From contig CAZBZO010000002.1 in the NCBI GenBank assembly GCA_964496425.1, positions 130,450-194,449 on the forward strand: a stretch of DNA of 64,000 nucleotides, in the 5' to 3' direction. Both the position numbers and the translations under genes were made by a program. The stretch comes from an uncultured Candidatus Saccharibacteria bacterium (GTDB lineage: Bacteria; Patescibacteriota; Minisyncoccia; Phycocordibacterales; UBA9973). Below are positions 1-9,242 of this stretch, in pieces (position 1 is the stretch's first letter; every line of letters starts with the position of its first letter). The notes under the pieces are model-generated. The model was not told the DNA's origin, made no database searches, and saw nothing but the letters and a program-made list of their open reading frames with translations.

Positions 1-150
1 AGTATCTTTTCCATCAAGAGAGCGTTTGACGCTGCTTTTTTTCCACATCTGATATTGGTAGAGATATTTTGTCAGTATCGGCGTAATCAAAAGGCCGACA
101 CAAAATGAAAAGGCCGAGGAAATAAGTATTTTGACAAGATTGGAAACCAT
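1..150 (-). CDS. Partial N-terminus of a membrane protein that runs off the window start; possibly MraY/GT4-like, not established
   Basis: RC of 1-150 reads MVSNLVKILISSAFSFCVGLLITPILTKYLYQ... (hydrophobic TM, then basic stretch); ATG at 148-150. It lies downstream of murE in a cell-wall gene run. Only about 50 aa are visible. Confidence 0.3.
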   Translation of the reverse strand, partial: MVSNLVKILISSAFSFCVGLLITPILTKYLYQYQMWKKSSVKRSLDGKDT

Positions 151-212
151 AGCCTAGGCAGTATAGCCTTTTTTGCCTCAAATTTAAAGCCTTTGTAGTC
201 CCCTACCGCATT

Positions 213-1955
213 CTAGATTACTTCCGCTTGATAGCATTTTTCACAGTAAATTATTTCCGGCCGCTCAGGAGCATAACTGGTTTTGAACTCAGTCTGACAC
301 TTCCCGACGTGATCATGATCCTCGCTTTCACACATGCATTCACGTTGCCAGAAATGCACAGGATTTCTCAATTGAGCCATTTTAAAATTACGAGTATTCG
401 GACATTCCTGAGGTAGTGGAAGATGCCATTTTTGATACATAGCTAGTTCGTCAGGAATAATTTTGAAGGCTTGAGTACATTTATGATTCTGTGCTCCATG
501 TTTGTCTTCATCCCACGCTCTACATAGAATGACTTCCTTTAGCAAGGAATCATTTATTGCATTTTCCGCCATATCCTTCCAGTGTTTTGTTGGTGTGTAA
601 TTTTTTTCTTCAAAACTGTCCCAAGCGTATCCTCGTTCTTTCGCCTCGATTTCAGTTACTGGAACATATTCTTGAGCAAGCGTTTCATTGTATGCGTGAG
701 GAGAGAGCTCGATAGGGAAAAATTCTCCGAACGTAGAAATTTTTCCGTTTTTGTCAGCATATGGATTACTACTCATTTCCGACACCATTTTTTTATACAG
801 TTTTTCGTATTCCTCACGTGTATATACTTTATTTAGAATACAATATTCATTTTTACGAAGAGATACACAACCAAAAGAATTACTTACATGGTCGCAATCA
901 ACAAGGTAGTAGGCGCTTATATTCTGTTCGCCGTTTACACTAAAGAAACAGTTTGAAGAAAAATCAATGTTGTTACATTCATATACAAGCTCACCTGCAT
1001 GCACCCCAAAGACATCCATGGAGTCTTTCTGGCCTTTTCCACCCCGTACAGCATAGTTTTCATTTTCACCATCGTAGATATAGTATGAATTTCGAACATT
1101 TTTTGAACTATAGATGAATTCTCCGGAAACAGTATTGTTACGCTCCCCTGTCATAAATTTATGAATAGCACTCTCTCGAACAAGCTTTCGGAAATGAGTG
1201 AACGCGTCTTCGAATTTTGCACGTGAACTAAATATATTTTTTCGAGTGGCCTCAAATTCCTCCTTTGAGACTTGTTTGTTTAAAACATAGTAATTCTTAT
1301 TCCGAAGATTGTAGCTCAAAAGACAGTTTTGGCAGTTTTTGCAATCAAATAAGAAGGCAGAATCAATACATTGCGAGCAATTCTGTCCAAAAAAAAGTTT
1401 GCTACACCCAACAGAATCGACAGACGCGAAGCATGCTTCACAGTTTCTTATAAATAATGAGTCCCAGCAGTCTTTGCTTTCTAGTACGGTCTGCCCATAA
1501 CTACAATTTTCTGAAAACCAACTACCGAACATCAGGTATCCTCGTTTCATATGTGCTGTATAATTACAGTATTCGCTTTCAGAATTGCTTGTTGAATATG
1601 CCGATGGTCGAGGTGTTTTGTTCAGCAAATCTTTAAATTGTTCAAAAAAAGGAACAGTTGCATCGTATTCTTTACCAAAATCCAAAGGATCCCACTGGTC
1701 ACTCCACCAACATTCATGACAATACACGGGAAATAACACCGTAGGTTTATACATTGAAATAATATTTTTTTTACAAAGATCACAATTTCGTTTATATAAA
1801 GAACGTTCATTTCTCCAAACTAGTTTTCTTGCGAGTCGGCAATCGGGGCAAAAGGTCGGTGGAGGGACTTTGATTTTTTCGTAAAATACAAAATCCTCTG
1901 GTTCGATGATGAAGTCCAGTTTACAGTTTTGACAGTTCCTACTTTCCATCGTCAT
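213..1955 (-). CDS. Cysteine-rich protein with many CxxC pairs (multi zinc-ribbon-like), function unknown
   Basis: 580-aa ORF. CxxC pairs at both ends (CQNC..CPDC, CDLC..CHEC, CEKC). The middle has repeated NC..C units (ENCSYG..KDCWDS..RNCEAC..QNCSQC..KNCQNC). It packs tightly between murE and the next minus-strand gene. Confidence 0.55.
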   Translation of the reverse strand: MTMESRNCQNCKLDFIIEPEDFVFYEKIKVPPPTFCPDCRLARKLVWRNERSLYKRNCDLCKKNIISMYKPTVLFPVYCHECWWSDQWDPLDFGKEYDATVPFFEQFKDLLNKTPRPSAYSTSNSESEYCNYTAHMKRGYLMFGSWFSENCSYGQTVLESKDCWDSLFIRNCEACFASVDSVGCSKLFFGQNCSQCIDSAFLFDCKNCQNCLLSYNLRNKNYYVLNKQVSKEEFEATRKNIFSSRAKFEDAFTHFRKLVRESAIHKFMTGERNNTVSGEFIYSSKNVRNSYYIYDGENENYAVRGGKGQKDSMDVFGVHAGELVYECNNIDFSSNCFFSVNGEQNISAYYLVDCDHVSNSFGCVSLRKNEYCILNKVYTREEYEKLYKKMVSEMSSNPYADKNGKISTFGEFFPIELSPHAYNETLAQEYVPVTEIEAKERGYAWDSFEEKNYTPTKHWKDMAENAINDSLLKEVILCRAWDEDKHGAQNHKCTQAFKIIPDELAMYQKWHLPLPQECPNTRNFKMAQLRNPVHFWQRECMCESEDHDHVGKCQTEFKTSYAPERPEIIYCEKCYQAEVI

Positions 1956-1973
1956 TTAGAGAGTCTAGCAAAT

Positions 1974-3275
1974 CTAGACTTTTTTGAGAAGTTCTCGTAC
2001 CACTTCCCGATCGTCCCATGGATGAGAAATGCCATCAATGACGATTGATTGTTCGGCACCTTTGCCGGTGATGAGCACTACATCGCCTGGGCTTGCTAGT
2101 GAAAGAGCTTTTTTAATACCTTTTTTTCGGTCAAGAATGATAAATAAATTTTTATTTTGTGTTTTACCAGCATTTTTTGCAGCGCGTGCAATATCGTCAG
2201 CAATTTCTTTCGGGTCGTCTTCGTACGGATCAACATTTGAGACCACAACAAAATCAGCCTTAGCTCCTACGGCTTCACCCATGACAGCTCGCTTTGTTTT
2301 ATCTCGTCCCCCACCTTCTGCACCCAACAGGACGATTACTTTTTGTGTACCTGCCAAACCTCTCGCTGTATCAAGCACATAGTTCATGCTGGCACCTTCG
2401 TGTGCGTAGTCTACTATCACCATATATGAATCACGTTGCATAATTTCCATACGACCCGGTACCGTAAGGCTATAAAGGGCTTCTTTGATTTTTAGGATGT
2501 CTATTTCGAGCTCATCGCCAAGGATGATTGCAGGCAAGGCGTTCCAAATATTAAATTCGCCAAGTAGCGATAGGTCGTAAGCAATACTCCCGACACTGAA
2601 ATGTACACCTTTCGGGTCTGAGGAAATAGTATGAGCTTGGTAGTCTGCCTCAGAAACACCAAAAGTGCGATGAAGATCCGCGGGAAAAGAGAGGTAGTAT
2701 TCGGACTCTTTGTCGTCGATGTTCGCGCATATTATTTTTTTTACTTCTTTTCCAGCGATTATTTTTTTCTTAGAAAGTGCCAATGTTCGAAAGAGCTCGC
2801 CTTTTGTGGTTTTATACTCTTCAAAATTATTGTGATGCGAAGAAAGATGTTCAGGAGTCAGGTTGGTAAAAATAGCCGCGTCAAAATCTATTCCCTGTTG
2901 CCTGCCTTGCTTAAGCCCCTCCGATGTTACTTCCATGACGGTATGGGTACAGCCTGCCGCTACCATTTCACGCAAAAGCTTCTGGATAACAAATGGGTCA
3001 GGCATAGTCATGTGGTAGCTATTGAGCACCTCGCTGCCTCCTATCCGAATATTGGCAGTGCCGATAAGACCTGTAGTGTAGCCACCGCCTTCCAGTACCG
3101 CCCAGACATAGTTGGCTGTTGTGGTCTTTCCTTTTGTGCCAGTCACCCCTATCATGACAAGTTCCCTTGAAGGATACCCGTAATAGTAGGCAGCCAAGCG
3201 AGCTTTTTGCGTGTGATACCAAAGAAAAATTTTCTCTGGTAAAATCGTTTTTAGAATTTTTTTAAATGCCATCAT
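1974..3275 (-). CDS. murE: Mur ligase, most like UDP-MurNAc-L-Ala-D-Glu:meso-DAP ligase (MurE)
   Basis: P-loop GVTGTKGKTTT. Mur ligase middle and C-terminal domains (DYAHEG...). 433 aa. Confidence 0.75.
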   Translation of the reverse strand: MMAFKKILKTILPEKIFLWYHTQKARLAAYYYGYPSRELVMIGVTGTKGKTTTANYVWAVLEGGGYTTGLIGTANIRIGGSEVLNSYHMTMPDPFVIQKLLREMVAAGCTHTVMEVTSEGLKQGRQQGIDFDAAIFTNLTPEHLSSHHNNFEEYKTTKGELFRTLALSKKKIIAGKEVKKIICANIDDKESEYYLSFPADLHRTFGVSEADYQAHTISSDPKGVHFSVGSIAYDLSLLGEFNIWNALPAIILGDELEIDILKIKEALYSLTVPGRMEIMQRDSYMVIVDYAHEGASMNYVLDTARGLAGTQKVIVLLGAEGGGRDKTKRAVMGEAVGAKADFVVVSNVDPYEDDPKEIADDIARAAKNAGKTQNKNLFIILDRKKGIKKALSLASPGDVVLITGKGAEQSIVIDGISHPWDDREVVRELLKKV

Positions 3276-4710
3276 TTAGAAGTTCGGGGCTTAGGGTATC
3301 TTCAAGAAGTGGGCTTTCCGTGAGGCTTATGTATTGATGTATCCACGCTCGCAACGCATTAATATCAGCTTGGTTACCGCTTGAGTGAAGTGTAATAAAT
3401 ACAATTGGTCTTGTGGTCGTACCGATCGGAACATTGAAAAGAAATACTCCGGTCCGCCACGCTTCCGGCGTGGAACCAACCTTGCCGCCGATAAAAGCGG
3501 GATCGTTCATGAATAAATTGTAATTTTTGAGATTCTGAAAACTAACCGCACCAAAATCTGTATACACATGTCCTTTGGTAATTTCATATATCCACGGACG
3601 ATTGTTGTAAATATACCGTGCTAGTTTGTAGAGATCTTGGGCGCTACTGGTATTTTGTGGATCAATACCATAGGCATCGTTGAAAGAAGTATCTTCCATT
3701 TCCAAAGATTTAGCTCGTTTATTCATGAGAGTAATAAAATTCTCCTGTCCTTGATGCATGGCAAGAGCTTCGGCCGCATCGTTTGAAGACGGCATGAGAA
3801 GCGGATAGAGTAATTCAAAATATGAATATGTTTGCCCCAAGGAGAGACTTGAAAGGTCACCGTAAGGTTCTGTCATGGGTGACGTAATAGTGATTTGAGA
3901 TGTCATATGTTCTTTAAAAGAGAGAAGATTAAATTCTGAAGCGATAAGCGCGGTCATGAGTTTTGTTACTGAAGCAAGCGGAAAAGCACTGGTCGCATTT
4001 TTCTCAAGCAAAATCGTACCGTTTTTTAGATCGGCGACCAAATACGCAGTCGCTGTCACATCTGGCAATGTGGGTGTTTCAAGAGGATACGGATATACGA
4101 ACTCATCATTTTCAAAATCAGTTTCATGTACGATGACAGGAGTATTTTTCGTTGTTGCTCGGTATAGTGCTTCCGCATCATCTACTGCCAGATTAATACA
4201 ACCACTTGAAAAAGAGTTGGGTAATGTCAAACCTTCTTTAGTGTACGGCAAGCCATGGATTGAATAATTGCCTTGGAAAACCATATTCCATGGCATATAG
4301 ACCTGACCGAGGCTTGAAAGATGAACTTCTTCTTTTGTATGTACATCAAACACTCCTGAAACAGTCTCCCCCCAGCTCCCTTGCTGCCCTTTTATTTTGA
4401 TGGGAAATCTTTGTTCTTCTTTTCCATTTTTATATTGTATGAGCACCATCTTCCCAAGATCGGCTTCAAGAAAATCTTTTTTAGATTCAATGAAACTTTT
4501 TTTAGTATTTGAAAAAAGAGGAGCTATCGTCCGGTACTCGCCAGGCAAAGCTTCTGCTTCGACCCCTTTTGTTATAGTATCTACTGCTACTGTTGCGACC
4601 ATTACTTCGGGTGTTGTTTTTGTGAAAAAATATTTATAAGAAACAAAAAAAGCCAAAACTGAGGCTGTAAGATATATTAAAATCGATGTGCGTAAAAATA
4701 TTTTTTTCAT
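3262..4710 (-). CDS. Membrane-anchored fusion protein: L,D-transpeptidase (YkuD) domain plus D-Ala-D-Ala carboxypeptidase (S11) domain
   Basis: N-terminal TM. The YkuD catalytic motif is HGLPY...SSGCINL. The C-terminal half has the SxxK motif ASVTKLMTA of serine DD-peptidases and a lysine-rich PBP5-like core. Confidence 0.65.
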   Translation of the reverse strand: MKKIFLRTSILIYLTASVLAFFVSYKYFFTKTTPEVMVATVAVDTITKGVEAEALPGEYRTIAPLFSNTKKSFIESKKDFLEADLGKMVLIQYKNGKEEQRFPIKIKGQQGSWGETVSGVFDVHTKEEVHLSSLGQVYMPWNMVFQGNYSIHGLPYTKEGLTLPNSFSSGCINLAVDDAEALYRATTKNTPVIVHETDFENDEFVYPYPLETPTLPDVTATAYLVADLKNGTILLEKNATSAFPLASVTKLMTALIASEFNLLSFKEHMTSQITITSPMTEPYGDLSSLSLGQTYSYFELLYPLLMPSSNDAAEALAMHQGQENFITLMNKRAKSLEMEDTSFNDAYGIDPQNTSSAQDLYKLARYIYNNRPWIYEITKGHVYTDFGAVSFQNLKNYNLFMNDPAFIGGKVGSTPEAWRTGVFLFNVPIGTTTRPIVFITLHSSGNQADINALRAWIHQYISLTESPLLEDTLSPELLNDGI

Positions 4711-4715
4711 ACCCC

Positions 4716-5669
4716 TTATTTTTTCTTTTGTATATCTATGCTTTGTGTATACGCTTCTGCTTTCTCTGCTAATAGTACTGAGTCGGTAAAACGTCCATCG
4801 ACTGTTGAGCCCAAAACTATGCTGCTAATACGATGGTGATTGCGTGTTTCAAAAAGCATTGCAAGATTCCCGCCGGCAAGAATAGTATATCCTGTTTTTG
4901 ATGCAATGATATGTGGAAACATATTTATCGAAGCGTTCGTATTTATGGTTGTATGAGGAACTCCACTCAAGGATGAAATAGTTATACCAGCATAGGTGCT
5001 TTCATGAAAAAGACTCGGATGTATTTCTACCGCATACTCAAATAAAAGTGCAAGGTCTCGTGCACTGCCAGTGCCGCCGGCGGTCGTAGCGTCTTCATCA
5101 AGTCCGGTGGCGTTGTTGAACTTTAAGGATAAAAGTGAGAGAGCCTCCGCTTTTCTATTCATAGCATCGATAAAAAAAGGTAAGCTGAGGTCAGGTGTGC
5201 CTGCCTCGGTCAGTATGTTCTCTGTTGCCTCCCCAATTGCCTCTGCGGCATCGTTTGAAGAAGCGACCAGCATAAATGACGCAAGATCGTGAAGTAAAAA
5301 TTGCTCAAACGGAATAAAGCCGCTATCGCCATGCTCTCCAATCGAGTGTGGTGTGATGGTCACCACAGTATCCTCCGGCAAGTAATCAAGTGCCACTATC
5401 GCAGTCATTACTTTTACAATAGATGCGAGCGGCAGCGGTAGGGTACTGTTTTTTTCATATAGAATCTCTCCAGTAGTATGGTCGTAGACATACGCAGCAT
5501 GAGCTGAAAGCTCGAGCCCGTCAAACATACTTTGTTTTAATTGGCTGTCGGGTACAAGTTCTTGCGTATCTTTTTCTTTTATATTCTGACTTCCAAAAAA
5601 CACTGCAAGCACCACTAGGATACCTACTATAAGGGTACTGCGCATTTTAGACTTCGGGGTTGTATCCAT
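4716..5669 (-). CDS. dacA: D-alanyl-D-alanine carboxypeptidase (peptidase S11, PBP5-like)
   Basis: N-terminal TM/signal. SxxK motif ASIVKVMTA. SxN-like region SSNDAAEA. 317 aa. Confidence 0.7.
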   Translation of the reverse strand: MDTTPKSKMRSTLIVGILVVLAVFFGSQNIKEKDTQELVPDSQLKQSMFDGLELSAHAAYVYDHTTGEILYEKNSTLPLPLASIVKVMTAIVALDYLPEDTVVTITPHSIGEHGDSGFIPFEQFLLHDLASFMLVASSNDAAEAIGEATENILTEAGTPDLSLPFFIDAMNRKAEALSLLSLKFNNATGLDEDATTAGGTGSARDLALLFEYAVEIHPSLFHESTYAGITISSLSGVPHTTINTNASINMFPHIIASKTGYTILAGGNLAMLFETRNHHRISSIVLGSTVDGRFTDSVLLAEKAEAYTQSIDIQKKK

Positions 5670-5671
5670 GA

Positions 5672-6226
5672 CTACTGAATTTCTTCGGAAGCGATTTCCT
5701 TTGTATCGGACACATGCCCCGCCAATAAATCTTTAAATCCAGAAAATTCAGGCATATCCTCAATACGCGAAAGTCCCATGAATGAAATGAGGTCGAGGGT
5801 CGGCTTGTATATCACCTTGCGGTTATCGTCAGGATGAGCACTTTTTTCGATCAAGCCACGTATCATGAGATTGCGTAAAATAAAACTAGAATTCACACCA
5901 CGAATGTAATCAATATCGCTTCGCGCCGCACCGTTTTTGTACACAATAATCGAAAGTGTTTCAAGACTCGCACGAGAAAGTTCTTTGGAGAGTTCATCCT
6001 TTCGCAAACTCTCAAGCATACTAGAGAGTGCGGCTGAAGTCCCGAGCATTACTTCTTCCTCTTTTCGCACGAGGGTCAATCCCCTCCCTCGTAGTTTTTC
6101 TTCCAATACCACAAGTGACGCTTCTACTTCTTCTGGTGCTACTTGGATAAGTCTCGCAATATCCCATATCTTCATCGGCTCTCCCTTAAAGAAAAGCAAG
6201 CCTTCAATTTGTGCATCAAGTTCCAT
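5672..6226 (-). CDS. scpB: Segregation and condensation protein B
   Basis: 184 aa with the ScpB winged-helix pattern (EALLFfkgePm...ia.l...). Lies directly downstream of scpA. Confidence 0.8.
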   Translation of the reverse strand: MELDAQIEGLLFFKGEPMKIWDIARLIQVAPEEVEASLVVLEEKLRGRGLTLVRKEEEVMLGTSAALSSMLESLRKDELSKELSRASLETLSIIVYKNGAARSDIDYIRGVNSSFILRNLMIRGLIEKSAHPDDNRKVIYKPTLDLISFMGLSRIEDMPEFSGFKDLLAGHVSDTKEIASEEIQ

Positions 6227-6237
6227 GTTTTTTTCTC

Positions 6238-7008
6238 TTATCTAGTAATATCCTCCATTGTTGGTCGTGCTTTTTGAATCGTCATATCGTCAAATGTTTC
6301 GCTTTGCACAACTTCAAGCACACCGCCACGCACCATTTCTAAAAGCGCTAAAAAAGAAACAATCATATACACTTTCTCTTCTTTGTGGTTTTGTGGATTT
6401 GGGTGTTTGGCAAAATCTCGAAAGCTCATAGAGAGGGCGTTCTTTATTCGCTCGGTGAGGTTCGTAATAACCTCATCGATGTTAATGACCCGAGCTACAT
6501 TTACTTCTTGGAGAACTTCTGTCGCAGGTATTTGCGAAACGACACTACCAATACATTCCCGAAGTGCTGCTATGGTAATTTGCTGATCGGGGCTAAAGAT
6601 TGGCGTAGAGAAATCGCGCTCAGGCGCAGAAAAAACAATTTCTTTGCCAAACTTTTCTTTTACGTAGACGCTAGCATCCTTGATCGCAGCATAAAGCTTT
6701 AGTCGTGCTTCAAGATCAACAATTTTCTCTTCCTCTTCCGGCGTGAGCGAAAGGTTGGGTAAAAGCGAACGTGACTTAATGAGTATCAGTGTTGCCGCCA
6801 CAATAATAAAATTGCTGGCAACATGCAAATAGTCATCACCTTTCTCAGCGGCTAAATTGCGGACATATTCCACATAGTCATTGGTTACCTCAGCCAATGA
6901 AAGCTCGTTGATAAAAAGCTTACGCGATTCGATCAAATTCAAGAGCAAATCAAGCGGCCCCTCAAAAGTGCCGGTTTTGATAGTGTATTGTGTAGTCGTC
7001 TCAGTCAC
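6238..7008 (-). CDS. scpA: Segregation and condensation protein A
   Basis: Hallmark FEGPLDLLLNLIE motif near the N-terminus. 256 aa. Confidence 0.85.
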   Translation of the reverse strand: MTETTTQYTIKTGTFEGPLDLLLNLIESRKLFINELSLAEVTNDYVEYVRNLAAEKGDDYLHVASNFIIVAATLILIKSRSLLPNLSLTPEEEEKIVDLEARLKLYAAIKDASVYVKEKFGKEIVFSAPERDFSTPIFSPDQQITIAALRECIGSVVSQIPATEVLQEVNVARVINIDEVITNLTERIKNALSMSFRDFAKHPNPQNHKEEKVYMIVSFLALLEMVRGGVLEVVQSETFDDMTIQKARPTMEDITR

Positions 7009-7229
7009 CAGCGTATTTTAGACTAAAGTGCTTAATATTCCAAGGTTTTTGACTAGATACATGTTTTATTGCTAAATACTTGACAGTAAGAATCTTTATT
7101 GGTAAGGTAAAAGAGTGAAAACATATCAGGCACAAATTAACAACCTTCGTCGAGCAGACTCTTTTGAGGCTGCTTGTGAGCGTTTGTGTGCCACCTTCTC
7201 CTAAATCTCCACAAACATAGCGAACTTTC

Positions 7230-7263
7230 AAAAGCGGCCTTAACCAGAGGCCGCTTTTGTTTG
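7230..7263 (+). terminator. Rho-independent terminator hairpin
   Basis: aaaagcGGCCttaaccagaGGCCgcttttgtttg: a GC stem followed by a T tract. Confidence 0.6.
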
Positions 7264-7333
7264 TGCGTCATTTCTAACTACGATGCAAACAAATAATAAA
7301 AGTTAGAAGGTAGTACCTTAAAAATTTCACAAA

Positions 7334-7801
7334 ATGAAAAAAATCAAACCTCATCACAATTTTTTCATGGAAAAAGCTATCTTGGAAGCTCGAAAGTCAT
7401 CCTCAGGAGAATTTAAGATTGGTGCTATTGTAGTTTATCGCAATAAAATTATTGGTCGTGGTACACCGAAAGACCACATAACTCTTAACCCAGTAAAGCA
7501 TGCAGAAGTCGTAGCAATACAAAAAGCATGTAAATTTCTTAAAACCAATTTACTGCATGGATGTAGTATTTATGTGACCGCTGAGCCGTGTCTTATGTGT
7601 TCATCAATAATTTTCCAAGCAAAAATACCCATCATTGTATTTGGCGCCAAAAGATCACTGTTGCCACTTCGAAAAAGAGATGTGAGTATTCATGATCTTG
7701 TGCATGATTCTGGCTATAATCCAGAAATTGTTTCAGGGATACTTGAAGAAAAAACATTAAAAGTTTTTAATTCAAAATTCAAATGTTGTACCAAAAAGTA
7801 G
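7334..7801 (+). CDS. tadA: CDA-fold nucleoside deaminase, most like tRNA adenosine(34) deaminase TadA
   Basis: Zinc-binding motifs HAEVVAI and PCLMC. 155 aa. Confidence 0.7.
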   Translation: MKKIKPHHNFFMEKAILEARKSSSGEFKIGAIVVYRNKIIGRGTPKDHITLNPVKHAEVVAIQKACKFLKTNLLHGCSIYVTAEPCLMCSSIIFQAKIPIIVFGAKRSLLPLRKRDVSIHDLVHDSGYNPEIVSGILEEKTLKVFNSKFKCCTKK

Positions 7802-7847
7802 TCTTAACCAGAGGCCCTTTTGTTATTTAACAGCTAAATACGTAAAA

Positions 7848-8642
7848 ATGAACAAAAAGAACATTGTTTCTCAAGTGAAAGAACTGGAGGTCTTTTACAA
7901 AAAAAAGAAAATCAGTTATGAAAAATTCATGCAAAGACTCGATACGCTAATAAAGAATCAGAAAACTATAAAAGAGATTCGACTTCTACTCATTGAGTTT
8001 GCTGATAAAAATCTTTCGCTCAAGTCCGATACTGCTCACTCTTACTACTGGCATGTCTATAGCGCTTTGTTTTGCAAGCTCTACCATCATGAGAATTCAA
8101 CATTGCAGGATTTAGAATTTTTGGTGGAAATTTTAAAACAAACAGGTTGGTATTCTCTTAGTGGTGAGTACCATGAAAAAACAAATGAATATCAGCAAAA
8201 TCACTACGATATTTATTCTTGTCTTTTAAAAGCTCTCATCAAAAGAACACGTAGCAAAACCAAGCTCTGGAAAATTCATGATTTTTGCGTGGGTGACAAA
8301 AGATTTAGTAATCAATTCCCAGGTTTTTGGGCGAAATGTATAAAAAAAATAACCCCAAAAATTTCTGAGCAATGGGAAGTAGAGTATATGTATAAGAATG
8401 CTATGTACGTCGACCTAAGTTTTGCAGATGATTTTAATCAAAGAGTAAAAAATAAAGAGAATTATTGGGAATTGTATTATTGGTATGCATCTTCCACTAA
8501 GTATGGCGATTCTTTATTAGACATAATTGGCAATTTAAGTCAGGATCCCGAAGAAGTATGGAAGGTTAAAAATTTAATAACCGATGAGCAAAAGCAGGAT
8601 TTACTACTAAAAAAGTATATTGATCTTAAATTGCTTCAATAA
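7848..8642 (+). CDS. Hypothetical protein (helical, W/Y-rich)
   Basis: 264-aa ORF with no recognisable motif, followed by a hairpin terminator. Confidence 0.5.
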   Translation: MNKKNIVSQVKELEVFYKKKKISYEKFMQRLDTLIKNQKTIKEIRLLLIEFADKNLSLKSDTAHSYYWHVYSALFCKLYHHENSTLQDLEFLVEILKQTGWYSLSGEYHEKTNEYQQNHYDIYSCLLKALIKRTRSKTKLWKIHDFCVGDKRFSNQFPGFWAKCIKKITPKISEQWEVEYMYKNAMYVDLSFADDFNQRVKNKENYWELYYWYASSTKYGDSLLDIIGNLSQDPEEVWKVKNLITDEQKQDLLLKKYIDLKLLQ

Positions 8643-8652
8643 TCTACAATAT

Positions 8653-8690
8653 AAAGGGCTTTTGTAAAATACAAAAGCCCTTTTATTTTC
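8653..8690 (+). terminator. Rho-independent terminator
   Basis: aaagggcttttgtaaaatacaaaagccctttt followed by attttc. Confidence 0.65.
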
Positions 8691-8773
8691 ACAGTTATGA
8701 AAGAAAAGTTTTCCACAGTTTCAAATAGCTACTTTATTTGACTAAAGTACTTTAGTTTGCTAAAGTAGACGGC

Positions 8774-9178
8774 ATGAAGACAGAAAGCGGAAAATTAAAG
8801 ACTGTGTATCGGAAAGGCCAAGAGATTGGCTCCGATATGGACTGGAAGGCCAAGGATAAGGCCAGCCTTTTGGATGCACTCCTCTCCCCTAAAAATGCTG
8901 AAGAAATGGCACGGTTCTTGCGTGATCTTATGACTCAGCAAGAGATCGAAGAATTCGCTAAGCGCTTCGAGGCTGCCCGCATGCTCTCTCGCGATATTCA
9001 ATACAATGCCATCATCGAGAAAACAGGCCTCTCCTCTGCGACTGTGGCTCGCATTGCCAAATGGCTTCGCGGCTCGCTTGGTGGCTATCGGCTTGTATTA
9101 GATCGCATTTCAAGTGTACATCATCACACTCATGCTGTTTCTCCTGCTCGGGAGCGGACTGTCTTGATGCGTACGTAA
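8774..9178 (+). CDS. TrpR-like DNA-binding protein, YerC/YecD family
   Basis: LLSPKNAEEMARFLRDLMTQQEIEEFAKRFEAARML...TGLSSATVARIAKWL matches the YerC/Trp-repressor-like helix-turn-helix. Confidence 0.7.
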   Translation: MKTESGKLKTVYRKGQEIGSDMDWKAKDKASLLDALLSPKNAEEMARFLRDLMTQQEIEEFAKRFEAARMLSRDIQYNAIIEKTGLSSATVARIAKWLRGSLGGYRLVLDRISSVHHHTHAVSPARERTVLMRT

Positions 9179-9199
9179 ATTTTTACTGCATAAAGCCAA

Positions 9200-9226
9200 C
9201 CCCTTCCTGAAAGGAAGTGTTTTTAG
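9200..9226 (+). terminator. Rho-independent terminator
   Basis: cccCTTCCtgaaaGGAAGtgttttt. Confidence 0.6.
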
Positions 9227-9242
9227 TTATTTTATAATATAT

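Noticed and set aside
2631-3170. 179-aa plus-strand ORF antisense to murE, plus other long antisense ORFs (19401-19943, 28834-29379, 36455-37186, 45203-45742, 60578-61090)
   Set aside because: Each lies entirely inside a well-supported gene on the opposite strand, has no recognisable motifs and has skewed, repetitive composition. They are typical shadow ORFs.
7001-7231. 76-aa minus-strand ORF in the scpA-tadA spacer
   Set aside because: It spans promoter-like and terminator sequence, has no RBS and overlaps the more plausible plus-strand small unit, so it is probably spurious.
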